From NCBI GenBank assembly GCA_965215015.1, contig OZ244042.1:992001-1056000 (forward strand): a stretch of 64,000 nucleotides of DNA, read 5' to 3'. The translations under genes were made by a program, and so were the position numbers. The notes under the pieces were generated by a model that was not told the DNA's origin, ran no database searches, and saw only the letters and a program-made list of their open reading frames with translations. Below, piece by piece: positions 10,153 to 18,681 of the stretch. This DNA comes from Candidatus Poribacteria bacterium. GTDB taxonomy: Bacteria > Poribacteria > WGA-4E > PCPOR2b. Within the stretch, counting starts at the first letter, position 1, and the number at the start of each line of letters is the position of its first letter.

Positions 10153-10476
10153 ATGCAGTTAATCACAGTTTTGAACGTAATATCTCTACTCTTTGCTGTC
10201 CCCGCGTTCAGCACCCTGACCGCAGCAGACATTGAGAAGATTCGCTCAATCATCAAAGCGTGGGACAAACGCCTGACCGGCGAAATCGAAACATTAGGCG
10301 AACGATTAAACCACATTTTTATGCTGGTCATGGCTTTGGTAGCTTTCATTGCTGTGGTCATCGGGATACCACAAATCATCGTCGCCATGCAGCGAAAAGA
10401 CATTTTGTTTCTTGGTGCGGTTGGGCTAGGAAGCCCGATCTACCGAGCTGCTAAAAAATGCAAAACGCGGAGATAA
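10153..10476 (+). CDS. hypothetical protein (signal peptide, short helical region, TM); C-terminus runs into a REP-like repeat
   Basis: AFS signal cleavage-like site, hydrophobic IFMLVMALVAFIAVVIGIPQIIVA. A GTAG palindrome at 10420-10443 lies inside the tail. Confidence 0.55.
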   Translation: MQLITVLNVISLLFAVPAFSTLTAADIEKIRSIIKAWDKRLTGEIETLGERLNHIFMLVMALVAFIAVVIGIPQIIVAMQRKDILFLGAVGLGSPIYRAAKKCKTRR

Positions 10477-10532
10477 ACCGAGTTTTTGCCAAAAACTCGT
10501 GTTCTTTCGCCGAAGAAAATGTCTCGACCAAC

Positions 10533-10583
10533 ATTTATTCGTTTTTGCCGAAAAAAGACTTGACACCTCTTTCAAAATGTGAG
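10533..10583 (+). repeat. 51-bp direct repeat, copy 2
   Basis: 49/51 identical to 4638-4688; contains the -35 TTGACA. Confidence 0.9.
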
Positions 10584-10588
10584 AAAAT
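10560..10588 (+). promoter_or_regulatory. sigma70 promoter of the nuo operon
   Basis: TTGACA-17nt-GAAAAT with TG extended -10, about 145 nt upstream of nuoA. Confidence 0.65.
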
Positions 10589-10625
10589 AATATCCCTTTG
10601 AAAAATTAGAATTATCCGGCTAAAG

Positions 10626-10653
10626 TGGGCTGAAAATGAGCCCATTCTTTTTT
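10626..10653 (+). terminator. terminator-like hairpin in the nuo leader
   Basis: TGGGCT-GAAAATG-AGCCCA followed by TTCTTTTTT. Confidence 0.4.
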
Positions 10654-10662
10654 GGCTTGAGT

Positions 10663-10680
10663 ATGTGAAACATTTCACAA
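10663..10680. promoter_or_regulatory. Rex (NADH/NAD+ sensor) operator
   Basis: ATGTGAA-ACAT-TTCACAA versus consensus TTGTGAA-N4-TTCACAA (one mismatch), upstream of nuoA. Confidence 0.75.
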
Positions 10681-10733
10681 CCTACATCCAATAACTTTAA
10701 TTCTTTGGCTGAAAACGCCGCGCAGCTTAAAAA

Positions 10734-11102
10734 ATGTTGACTGATTACTTACCCATACTATTGCTACTCGTTTTTGCCATCGGTTTTGCGGGGGTGAACC
10801 TCGTCCTGACCCATTTGATTGGGCCAAAGAAATCGACGCAAGCCAAGCTCTCCGTTTATGAATCTGGTGTTCAGCCGGTCGGAGACACTCGGCAAAGGAT
10901 TTCCATCCGCTTTGGTCTCATCGCGATGCTCTTTATCATTTTTGATATTGAGGTCGTTTTCCTCTATCCATGGGCAGTTGTCTTTAAGAAATTCACAGAG
11001 AACAGCGGCTATTTTATCCTTATTGAGATGCTGGTTTTCATTGGCATTCTCTTTTTAGGTTATATCTACGCCTGGAAGAAAGGTGGTCTATCGTGGGATT
11101 AG
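10734..11102 (+). CDS. nuoA: NADH-quinone oxidoreductase subunit A
   Basis: YESG...FIIFDIEVVFLYPWAV, WKKGGLSW. Confidence 0.97.
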   Translation: MLTDYLPILLLLVFAIGFAGVNLVLTHLIGPKKSTQAKLSVYESGVQPVGDTRQRISIRFGLIAMLFIIFDIEVVFLYPWAVVFKKFTENSGYFILIEMLVFIGILFLGYIYAWKKGGLSWD

Positions 11103-11584
11103 AAAGTCAACTTGGAGATAATATATTCACCACCACTATTGATAAGTTTGTAAACTGGGGACGAAAAAACTCCCTTTGGCCAATGCCGTTTGGCACTGCG
11201 TGTTGTGCCATCGAAATGATGGCAACCCTAGCGTCGAAGTTTGACCTCTCACGTTTCGGCGCAGAAGCGATTCGATTTTCGCCGCGCCAATCGGATTTGT
11301 TGATTGTTTCGGGACGTATCTCCATTAAAATGATGCCGGTCCTAAAAAAAATCTACGACCAGATGCCCGACCCGAAATGGGTCATCTCAATGGGAGCATG
11401 CGCCTCCACAGGCGGCGTTTTTGATACCTATACCTTAGTACAAGGCGTGGATGGGTTCATCCCCGTTGACATTTACATTCCCGGCTGCCCGCCGCGTCCT
11501 GAGGATCTAATTGACGCTGTGATACAGATCCAACGCATCGTGGAGCAAGAGAGCGTTTCCTCTAAAAGAGCGATTGCTGGCTAG
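11093..11584 (+). CDS. nuoB: NADH-quinone oxidoreductase subunit B
   Basis: FGTACCAIEM, SPRQSD, GACAS, PGCPPRP. Confidence 0.98.
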   Translation: MGLESQLGDNIFTTTIDKFVNWGRKNSLWPMPFGTACCAIEMMATLASKFDLSRFGAEAIRFSPRQSDLLIVSGRISIKMMPVLKKIYDQMPDPKWVISMGACASTGGVFDTYTLVQGVDGFIPVDIYIPGCPPRPEDLIDAVIQIQRIVEQESVSSKRAIAG

Positions 11585-11690
11585 CAGGGGCGGCGTCTCC
11601 GTACCTGATCTAATTGAGTTCAAGAGTCCATTAATGTACGAGTGAACCAATGAATCAATACACTCAGCGGTTCATTGAGGATCAAGCCCA

Positions 11691-12221
11691 ATGAGTGAAG
11701 ATCGACAACCCCTTGTGGTTCAAAAAGTTCAAGAAAAATACTCCGATGCAATCCTTGATGTTTCTGACATACGAGGTGAATTGACGCTTGTAGTGCGTAA
11801 AGATATCATCTATGGATTGATGGCGTTCCTGAAGAACGATTCAGAACTCGCATACAACTTTCTTGCTGATGTCACAGCGGTTGATTACTCCGTGATGGAA
11901 GATGTCCTGATGAAATACGATTATGCACGGTTCATGGTCGTCTACCATCTACTTTCAACAGAAACGAAAGAACGTTTGCGTGTCAAAGTTCCCGTCCGTG
12001 AAAAAGAACTTAGCATCCCATCAATGGCATCCATCTGGAAGGTGGCAAATTGGCTGGAGCGGGAAACATACGACATGTTTGGAATCACCTTTGAGGAGCA
12101 TCCGGACCTCCGTCGAATCCTGATGCCTGATGATTATGAAGGATACCCGCTTCGTAAGGACTACCCCCTGCGTGGTCGTGGGGAACGTGAGACCTTTAAC
12201 TTTGAAGAGCAGAATGTGTAA
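11691..12221 (+). CDS. nuoC: NADH-quinone oxidoreductase subunit C
   Basis: ANWLERETYDMFGITF..HPDLRRILMP..PLRKDYPL. Confidence 0.97.
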   Translation: MSEDRQPLVVQKVQEKYSDAILDVSDIRGELTLVVRKDIIYGLMAFLKNDSELAYNFLADVTAVDYSVMEDVLMKYDYARFMVVYHLLSTETKERLRVKVPVREKELSIPSMASIWKVANWLERETYDMFGITFEEHPDLRRILMPDDYEGYPLRKDYPLRGRGERETFNFEEQNV

Positions 12222-12285
12222 TACGCTTTAGGCTTGCCTTTCAATTATCCGTAGACAATCCCGACTCTCCACTGGAGAAAAAGAG

Positions 12286-13482
12286 ATGCGAAAAGATTCA
12301 CATCGAGTTCCCGGTGAACCGATGACGCTGAATTTCGGTCCCCAGCATCCCGCGACTCACGGCACACTTAGAATCGTCGTAGAGCTTGATGGCGAAACCG
12401 TTCTGAAAGCGACACCCCACCTCGGTTATCTACATACCGGCTTCGAGAAGCTAGGAGAGTACCACGATTATAACCAGTTCATCGTCGTAACCGACCGGAT
12501 GAACTACCTCTCACCGTTGTCTAACAACTTCGGCTATGTACTCGCTGTGGAAAAACTGCTGGACATCCAAGTCCCAAGGCGTTGTGAGTACATTCGCGTG
12601 ATTCTAGCCGAACTCTCCCGCATCGCAGATCACATGGTTTGGCTCGGTATGGGGGCATTGGATCTGGGGGCGTTCACAGTAATGCTATACGGCTTTGAAG
12701 AGCGGGAGAAATTGTACAGCATTTTCGAGAAAACCACCGGTGCCCGTTTGACCACCAGTTATACTCGTGTTGGGGGACTGATGAGAGACCTCTATGACGG
12801 TTTTGAGGAAGATGTTCGGACCTTCCTTAGTAGCTTTCCGAAAACCCTGAAAGAGGTTCACACACTGCTGACCCGAAACAGGATTTGGATGGATCGCACC
12901 AAAGGCGTTGGGGGGGTGTCAGCCGAGGATGCAATTGATTACGGCTTTACAGGCCCATGTCTGCGCGCCTCCGGAGTGGATTGGGATTTACGAAAAGCAG
13001 AGCCTTACTCCTGCTACGAAGACTTCGATTTTGATGTTCCCGTCGGTGCCAATGGCGATGCTTACGACCGTTACCTCGTGCGAATGGAAGAGATGATTCA
13101 AAGCGGTCGAATTGTTCGGCAGGCACTGGATAACCTACCCGATGGGCCCATCAATGTGGATGATTACAAAATCAGTCTCCCGACGAAAGAGGACGCTTAC
13201 GGGAATATTGAAGGCTTGATCCACCACTTCAAGATTATTATGGATGGACATGGGGTCCAGCCCCCTGTAGGTGAAGTCTATTGTGCCACCGAGTCCCCGA
13301 ACGGTGAACTGGGATTTTATATCGTCAGTGACGGCAGCGGTAAGGCGTATCGAATTCGTATCCGTCCACCCAGCTTTATACACTTCCAAGCGGTGCCTCA
13401 CATGATCGAAGGCGGTATGGTTTCAGATATCGTCGCCGTATTGGGGAGTCTAAATATTATTGCCGGGGAATTAGATCGGTAG
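12286..13482 (+). CDS. nuoD: NADH-quinone oxidoreductase subunit D
   Basis: NFGPQHPATHG, GYLHTGFEK, C-terminal GELDR. Confidence 0.98.
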   Translation: MRKDSHRVPGEPMTLNFGPQHPATHGTLRIVVELDGETVLKATPHLGYLHTGFEKLGEYHDYNQFIVVTDRMNYLSPLSNNFGYVLAVEKLLDIQVPRRCEYIRVILAELSRIADHMVWLGMGALDLGAFTVMLYGFEEREKLYSIFEKTTGARLTTSYTRVGGLMRDLYDGFEEDVRTFLSSFPKTLKEVHTLLTRNRIWMDRTKGVGGVSAEDAIDYGFTGPCLRASGVDWDLRKAEPYSCYEDFDFDVPVGANGDAYDRYLVRMEEMIQSGRIVRQALDNLPDGPINVDDYKISLPTKEDAYGNIEGLIHHFKIIMDGHGVQPPVGEVYCATESPNGELGFYIVSDGSGKAYRIRIRPPSFIHFQAVPHMIEGGMVSDIVAVLGSLNIIAGELDR

Positions 13483-13509
13483 TAGGGAATAACAATCGTT
13501 GCTTCCTAC
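13482..13509. repeat. degenerate GTAG REP-like palindrome
   Basis: GTAGGGAATAACAATCGTTGCTTCCTAC, immediately after nuoD. Confidence 0.5.
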
Positions 13510-13544
13510 GACTTGGGTTTTAGTCCTAAAACCGGGGCGAAAAT

Positions 13545-13982
13545 ATGAAGCGGTTAAGCCTTATTTTGGTTTTCTGTCTGTGGGGCATTCCCGAGGCTAC
13601 GTTTTCCCAAGATGCAAAAACAGGGACAGTTCGTGGTTATATTGCTGATACCTCAACGGCGCAACTTCCAATCGAAGGGGTCAGAGTTGTTATTGTCGGT
13701 GCCGATGGTACAGAATTTGAAACGACCTCAGATAACACGGGTGAATTTAAGAAATCCGATGTACCGCCAGGGCGTTATCTACTTAGTATTTACAAGGATG
13801 GATATGGTGAACGCACTGGCAAACCGGTCACAGTTGTTGCCGGCGGAGATCACTATGTACCTCTAAAAATGTACAAACGTGAACCCCCTTGGCTGCTTAT
13901 TCTCTGTTTAGGGGTCGCTGCAGTATTGATTGTCGGCATAGCGATTGCCGTGGGTTTGCGAATCGATCGCCCGTCAGACTAA
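13545..13982 (+). CDS. secreted, membrane-anchored carboxypeptidase-regulatory-like domain protein
   Basis: Signal peptide, GTVRGYIAD..PIEGVRV..TSDNTGEF..VPPGRY..KDGY, C-terminal TM. Confidence 0.8.
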   Translation: MKRLSLILVFCLWGIPEATFSQDAKTGTVRGYIADTSTAQLPIEGVRVVIVGADGTEFETTSDNTGEFKKSDVPPGRYLLSIYKDGYGERTGKPVTVVAGGDHYVPLKMYKREPPWLLILCLGVAAVLIVGIAIAVGLRIDRPSD

Positions 13983-14071
13983 CGAAGATTGTACAGTCCG
14001 TTCTCCGCGAACGATAGGGGCTCTAACTGAGCAACGCGCTTTAGGCACTTGTTCTCAGAAGGAATGAGTAG

Positions 14072-14593
14072 ATGTCCGATGAACTTATCCAAATAGAAAC
14101 ACCATTCCAGTTTTCAGAGGAAAATCAGCGGGAGTTTAATCAGCTGATTCAGCGATATCCGGTGAAGGAAGCCGCAATGCTTCCCACACTGCATCTGGCA
14201 CAGAAACAGGCAGGTTACATCAGTCCCGCCGTGATGGAGCATGTGGCTGAACTCTTGGAATTGCCGGTGATGAAGGTTAAAGATGTGGTGACATTTTACC
14301 CAATGTTCTTTGAGGAACCTGTCGGTAAATATGTTATTCGCGTTTGCTATACACTCCCCTGTGCGTTGAGGGATTGTAAACTGGTGCTGGAGCATATTAA
14401 ACAAAAATTTAATATAGATGTTGCTGCTGAAACAGACTTGGCAAAAGGAACCACGCCGGATGGGAAATTTACCTTACTGAAATCAGAGTGTCTAGCATCT
14501 TGCGATGTGGCACCTGTCGTAATGGTTAACGATGATTTGTATAAGAACCTCACTCCGCAAAAGATAGATGAGATTTTGGATGGCTTAGAGTAG
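14072..14593 (+). CDS. nuoE: NADH-quinone oxidoreductase subunit E
   Basis: VVTFYPMF; 2Fe-2S ligands CYTLPC and CLASC..AP. Confidence 0.96.
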   Translation: MSDELIQIETPFQFSEENQREFNQLIQRYPVKEAAMLPTLHLAQKQAGYISPAVMEHVAELLELPVMKVKDVVTFYPMFFEEPVGKYVIRVCYTLPCALRDCKLVLEHIKQKFNIDVAAETDLAKGTTPDGKFTLLKSECLASCDVAPVVMVNDDLYKNLTPQKIDEILDGLE

Positions 14594-14616
14594 GGGCAAA
14601 AGGTTGGTAACGACTC

Positions 14617-16095
14617 ATGGTTCAAGAAAGACGCATTCTCTACGAACATCTAGATGTACCAGACATCAATACATTTGATGTGTTCCGTCAGTACAATGGC
14701 TATGAGCACTTCGAGAAGACAATCAAGGAGCATCAACCGGAAGATATTTGTGAGATGGTGATGCAATCCGGACTGAAAGGGCGTGGCGGCGCAGGATTTT
14801 CAACCGGCCTGAAGTGGAGCTTCGTGCCCAGAGATATTGAACCGCGCTACCTGTGTTGCAACGCCGATGAGAGCGAGCCGGGAACGTTTAGCAACCGCTA
14901 CGTTCTGGAAAAGAATCCACATCTATTGATTGAAGGCATCCTAATCTGTTGTTATGCCATGGGAATTAACACCGCGTACATCTACATTCGTGGGGAATTC
15001 ACGCTCGGCAAACGTATGTTAGATGCCGCTATTGGGGAAGCATATCAGCAAGGCTATCTAGGAAAAAATATCCTAGACAGTGGCTTTGATCTGGAGGTTT
15101 ATTCCCATCCGGGAGCCGGGGCGTACATCTGCGGCGAAGAGACCGGATTGATTGAATCCCTTGAAGGGAAACGTGGGCAACCGCGTGTGAAACCACCATT
15201 CCCCGCAGTCGAAGGACTCTTTCATAAACCAACAGTTGTCCAGAATGTGGAAACGTTGTGTAACCTGCCTTTTCTTATGGGGCAAGGGGTCGAATGGTAT
15301 ACCAGTATCGGACGCACCTATGGGGATACACGGTTTGATCCACCACAGGCACAGGCGGATCCAAACACAGGGACAAAACTTTACTGTATCAGCGGGGATG
15401 TGAACAAGCCGGGCGTCTATGAACTCGACCTCGGTTTGACCGCCGAGGAGTTAATTCAAGTTGCGGGCGGCGTCAGGGGTGAGCGTGTAAAAGCTGTCAT
15501 CCCCGGCGGTAGTTCTGCGCCGATTTTGGCGCACTATGAGTTGGAATGCCGCCTCGATTTCACCTCATTGACGCTCTGGAAATCGATGCTTGGTTCTGGA
15601 GGCATTATCGTCATGAACGAAACACGGAATATTGTCGATTGCCTCCTCAACATCATGAAGTTCTACGCACACGAATCGTGTGGCCAATGTACGCCGTGCC
15701 GTTGGGGGACGCCTTGGGTGCGAGATATCGTCCAACGAATCGCTGACGGCGAGGGGCGAAAAACGACGATTCAGCGACCTAAGTTTGGTATCACAGAGAG
15801 CGGTAGATGGGGCGATACCGGTGAGATAGAGGAGGTTTACGAAGACCTTGACCTCCTCGAGAGCGTCGCAAATAACATCGCAAATGTGGACACCATGACG
15901 TGGAACACCATCTGCGTCTTTGGTATTGCAGTCTCGTGGCCCGCCGTGAGCTATCTTCGGAAATTCCGTCCAGAGTTTGAGGCTACGATTCGTGAAGGAA
16001 AACTGGTAACATTGCCGGTAGAAGAAGCGACAGTGCCTCCGGAAGAGAATTACGCTTATCAGCAGCGGATAGTTCCAAAACTATTTGAAGCGTAG
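14617..16095 (+). CDS. nuoF: NADH-quinone oxidoreductase subunit F
   Basis: KGRGGAGF, NADESEPGT, GAGAYICGEET, ESCGQCTPC...TIC. Confidence 0.97.
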   Translation: MVQERRILYEHLDVPDINTFDVFRQYNGYEHFEKTIKEHQPEDICEMVMQSGLKGRGGAGFSTGLKWSFVPRDIEPRYLCCNADESEPGTFSNRYVLEKNPHLLIEGILICCYAMGINTAYIYIRGEFTLGKRMLDAAIGEAYQQGYLGKNILDSGFDLEVYSHPGAGAYICGEETGLIESLEGKRGQPRVKPPFPAVEGLFHKPTVVQNVETLCNLPFLMGQGVEWYTSIGRTYGDTRFDPPQAQADPNTGTKLYCISGDVNKPGVYELDLGLTAEELIQVAGGVRGERVKAVIPGGSSAPILAHYELECRLDFTSLTLWKSMLGSGGIIVMNETRNIVDCLLNIMKFYAHESCGQCTPCRWGTPWVRDIVQRIADGEGRKTTIQRPKFGITESGRWGDTGEIEEVYEDLDLLESVANNIANVDTMTWNTICVFGIAVSWPAVSYLRKFRPEFEATIREGKLVTLPVEEATVPPEENYAYQQRIVPKLFEA

Positions 16096-16194
16096 ATTTT
16101 ACCATCGAGCGAATTGACTAACACAAAACGCCACCGGTTGACTCCGTTTTTTGCAGAAAGCCGATAAACACTAAACAGCGACTCAGCACGTGGA

Positions 16195-16986
16195 GTGTTT
16201 CCTTCTATGATTCACGTCTCTCATCTCACAAAGAGATATGGAATGACTGTCGCTGTTGATGATATTAGCTTTGAGATCCCACAGGGGCAAATCGTGGGTT
16301 ACCTCGGACCCAACGGTGCAGGGAAAAGCACGACACTGAAGATGCTCGTGGGGCTGCTTGAGCCGACGGAAGGTAAAATATCGGTCGCCGGCTATGACGC
16401 GGCAACGCAATTACTGCTCCTGAAAAAGCATGTCGGATACGTCCCCGAAGAAGCACACTTATACGAAAGTTTAACCTTAGTCGAGCACCTTCAGTTGATG
16501 GGTAGGCTCTATCACGTCGAAGAAACGCTCATCGCCCAGAAGATACAGGACCTCACACAACTCTTTGATATGGAGCCACAGGGAACGCAAAGGATAAGTA
16601 GTCTTTCGCAAGGGATGCGTCAGAAGCTGCTCATTATGTCCGCCTTGTTGCACAATCCGGCTGTTCTGCTTTTGGATGAACCCTTCACCAACTTGGATGT
16701 GACGACAGTCACACTCATGAAAACGATTCTACAACGTCTCGCTGACGCGGGGAAAACCATTTTGTACTGTACCCATATTCTTGAAGTCGCAGAAACACTC
16801 TGTCCACGGATTATGATTATCAACCAGGGAAAACTAATCGCCGATGCAACGGTTGATGAACTGCGAAAGATGACAAGCGAAACAGCACTAAACCAGATTT
16901 TCACACAACTCACGGATACCAGCAGCGGAATAGATCAGAAAACTGAGGAAGCCCTTCGGATTCTAATGGGAGGTTCCGATGCTTGA
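16195..16986 (+). CDS. ABC transporter ATP-binding protein
   Basis: GPNGAGKST, LSQGMRQ, LLLDEP, H-loop. Confidence 0.93.
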   Translation: MFPSMIHVSHLTKRYGMTVAVDDISFEIPQGQIVGYLGPNGAGKSTTLKMLVGLLEPTEGKISVAGYDAATQLLLLKKHVGYVPEEAHLYESLTLVEHLQLMGRLYHVEETLIAQKIQDLTQLFDMEPQGTQRISSLSQGMRQKLLIMSALLHNPAVLLLDEPFTNLDVTTVTLMKTILQRLADAGKTILYCTHILEVAETLCPRIMIINQGKLIADATVDELRKMTSETALNQIFTQLTDTSSGIDQKTEEALRILMGGSDA

Positions 16987-18640
16987 CAAAATCGCTGAGG
17001 TGTTCGGGGGAGACTCAACGCACTACAGGCAGCTTCGGAAAGTAGAAAAAACTGTCGCCACCCGTGCTGGTGATGCAGAAAGTGAACGTGGTTTTGCTAG
17101 AGTTTCTCTCGGTATAACGTGCCTCTTCTGTTTTTTTTACAGTGCTGCAATTGCCATGACAGTGTTTTTTCTGCCCTTAGATACGTTCAGTTATACACTT
17201 TTGACGCTGTCAAGTACAATGGGGTTGGTTGTACTTTTGATTCTTCCGCACTTTGATATCATTCTTAGTCCGACAAACTATCTTGTCGTATCACATACAC
17301 CGGTGTCGTCGCGCACCTATTTTATTGTAAAGCTAACACAGCTGCTGACTTACGCTGTTCTGTTGTTGGGGTGCTTGAATCTGCTACCCGCCATCTTTGG
17401 AATGTGGGCAAAAGAACAAAACCCGTTTTTTCCGGTCGTTTATTTGCCTATCTCCTTTATCGCTGGTTTTTTTATGATTGGATTGATGACGGTATTTGCA
17501 GGGTATTTGGCAAAACTTTACACAAAAGAGCGGTTCCGAAATATTGCTCAATACGCTCAGTTCGCTTTTAATATTTCTTTTCCGGCTATCTGTATACTCG
17601 GTCCCCGTTTCTCTAGAGAGTTGGCAACAGATAATGTGGTCTCCCTCTTTAAGGCGTTCTATCTGTTACCCAACAGTTGGTTTGCCGGGGCGGTGCCGCT
17701 GGTTCTCGGAAATACAGACCACCAATTTCTGATTTTAACCGCCCTTGCAATGGCTGCAATTGTACTGTTGGTGGCGGGCCCGCTCCGCAGTATTGCTAAA
17801 GGCTACTCAAAATATCTTGCCTCTCTGTCAGAGGCTAGGAGAACACGCAGTTCGCAACTCAAGATCAAGACCTCTGTCGTTGCGCGTCTGTTCAGGAGGT
17901 GTGAAACTCGCGCCACGGCCGATCTTGTTTTCGCCTACCTACGACGCGATAGGACGACACAATTTCGGTTTCTCAGCGAACTTGGGACTATTGTTATTCT
18001 TATTATTCTTATCCTCTTTCAGAACAATGATTTGTTTCTAAACAGTATTGGAAAAACTTTCACTATCTGGCTCGCACTCGGCGTCTCGGGACTTTTCTTC
18101 TTGATTGGTTCAGGCTTCATTGGTTCTTTCCTTGGTCAGATTCGGTATTCGGAGCATTGGAGAGCTGCGTGGATGTTTCGCTGCGCGTCGCTTGCAGTGC
18201 CCCATGCCTTATGGCGAGGCGTGCAGGCTACAGCATTGGTTTATATGGTTTTCCCTTATACGCTGTTGTTAGCAACCGTTGCAACTTTTCTCTGGCCTAG
18301 CTTTTGGGGAGGTTTTTATCTGCTGCCGGGTGTAGTCGGTCTATTTTGCTACGTTGTCCTTCACCCAAAACCGAGTTCCGGCCTACCGCTCTCCCAAGAA
18401 TATAGCCAAAGAAAACGTTATGTGGAATCCATTCCTTACTTATGTGGTCTCCTCACTTTTGGAGCCGTTTTAATCCTCCAATTGGTGATGTACAAAATCC
18501 ATTTGGGGCTTTATATCGCTTGTTATAGTGTTACAATCATTGCTGGGGTTCTACTCTTTATCTACTTTTTTGAAAAAAAAGAGGAGCAAATTTCAAAAAA
18601 TCAGATTGGGGTTGAAGCGTATACTCCAAACTCAATCTAA
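16979..18640 (+). CDS. ABC transporter permease (multi-TM)
   Basis: Many hydrophobic segments; overlaps the ATPase gene. Confidence 0.75.
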   Translation: MLDKIAEVFGGDSTHYRQLRKVEKTVATRAGDAESERGFARVSLGITCLFCFFYSAAIAMTVFFLPLDTFSYTLLTLSSTMGLVVLLILPHFDIILSPTNYLVVSHTPVSSRTYFIVKLTQLLTYAVLLLGCLNLLPAIFGMWAKEQNPFFPVVYLPISFIAGFFMIGLMTVFAGYLAKLYTKERFRNIAQYAQFAFNISFPAICILGPRFSRELATDNVVSLFKAFYLLPNSWFAGAVPLVLGNTDHQFLILTALAMAAIVLLVAGPLRSIAKGYSKYLASLSEARRTRSSQLKIKTSVVARLFRRCETRATADLVFAYLRRDRTTQFRFLSELGTIVILIILILFQNNDLFLNSIGKTFTIWLALGVSGLFFLIGSGFIGSFLGQIRYSEHWRAAWMFRCASLAVPHALWRGVQATALVYMVFPYTLLLATVATFLWPSFWGGFYLLPGVVGLFCYVVLHPKPSSGLPLSQEYSQRKRYVESIPYLCGLLTFGAVLILQLVMYKIHLGLYIACYSVTIIAGVLLFIYFFEKKEEQISKNQIGVEAYTPNSI

Positions 18641-18681
18641 CATGTACCACCACACCTTACGCGTTGCATAATGAGGATAGC

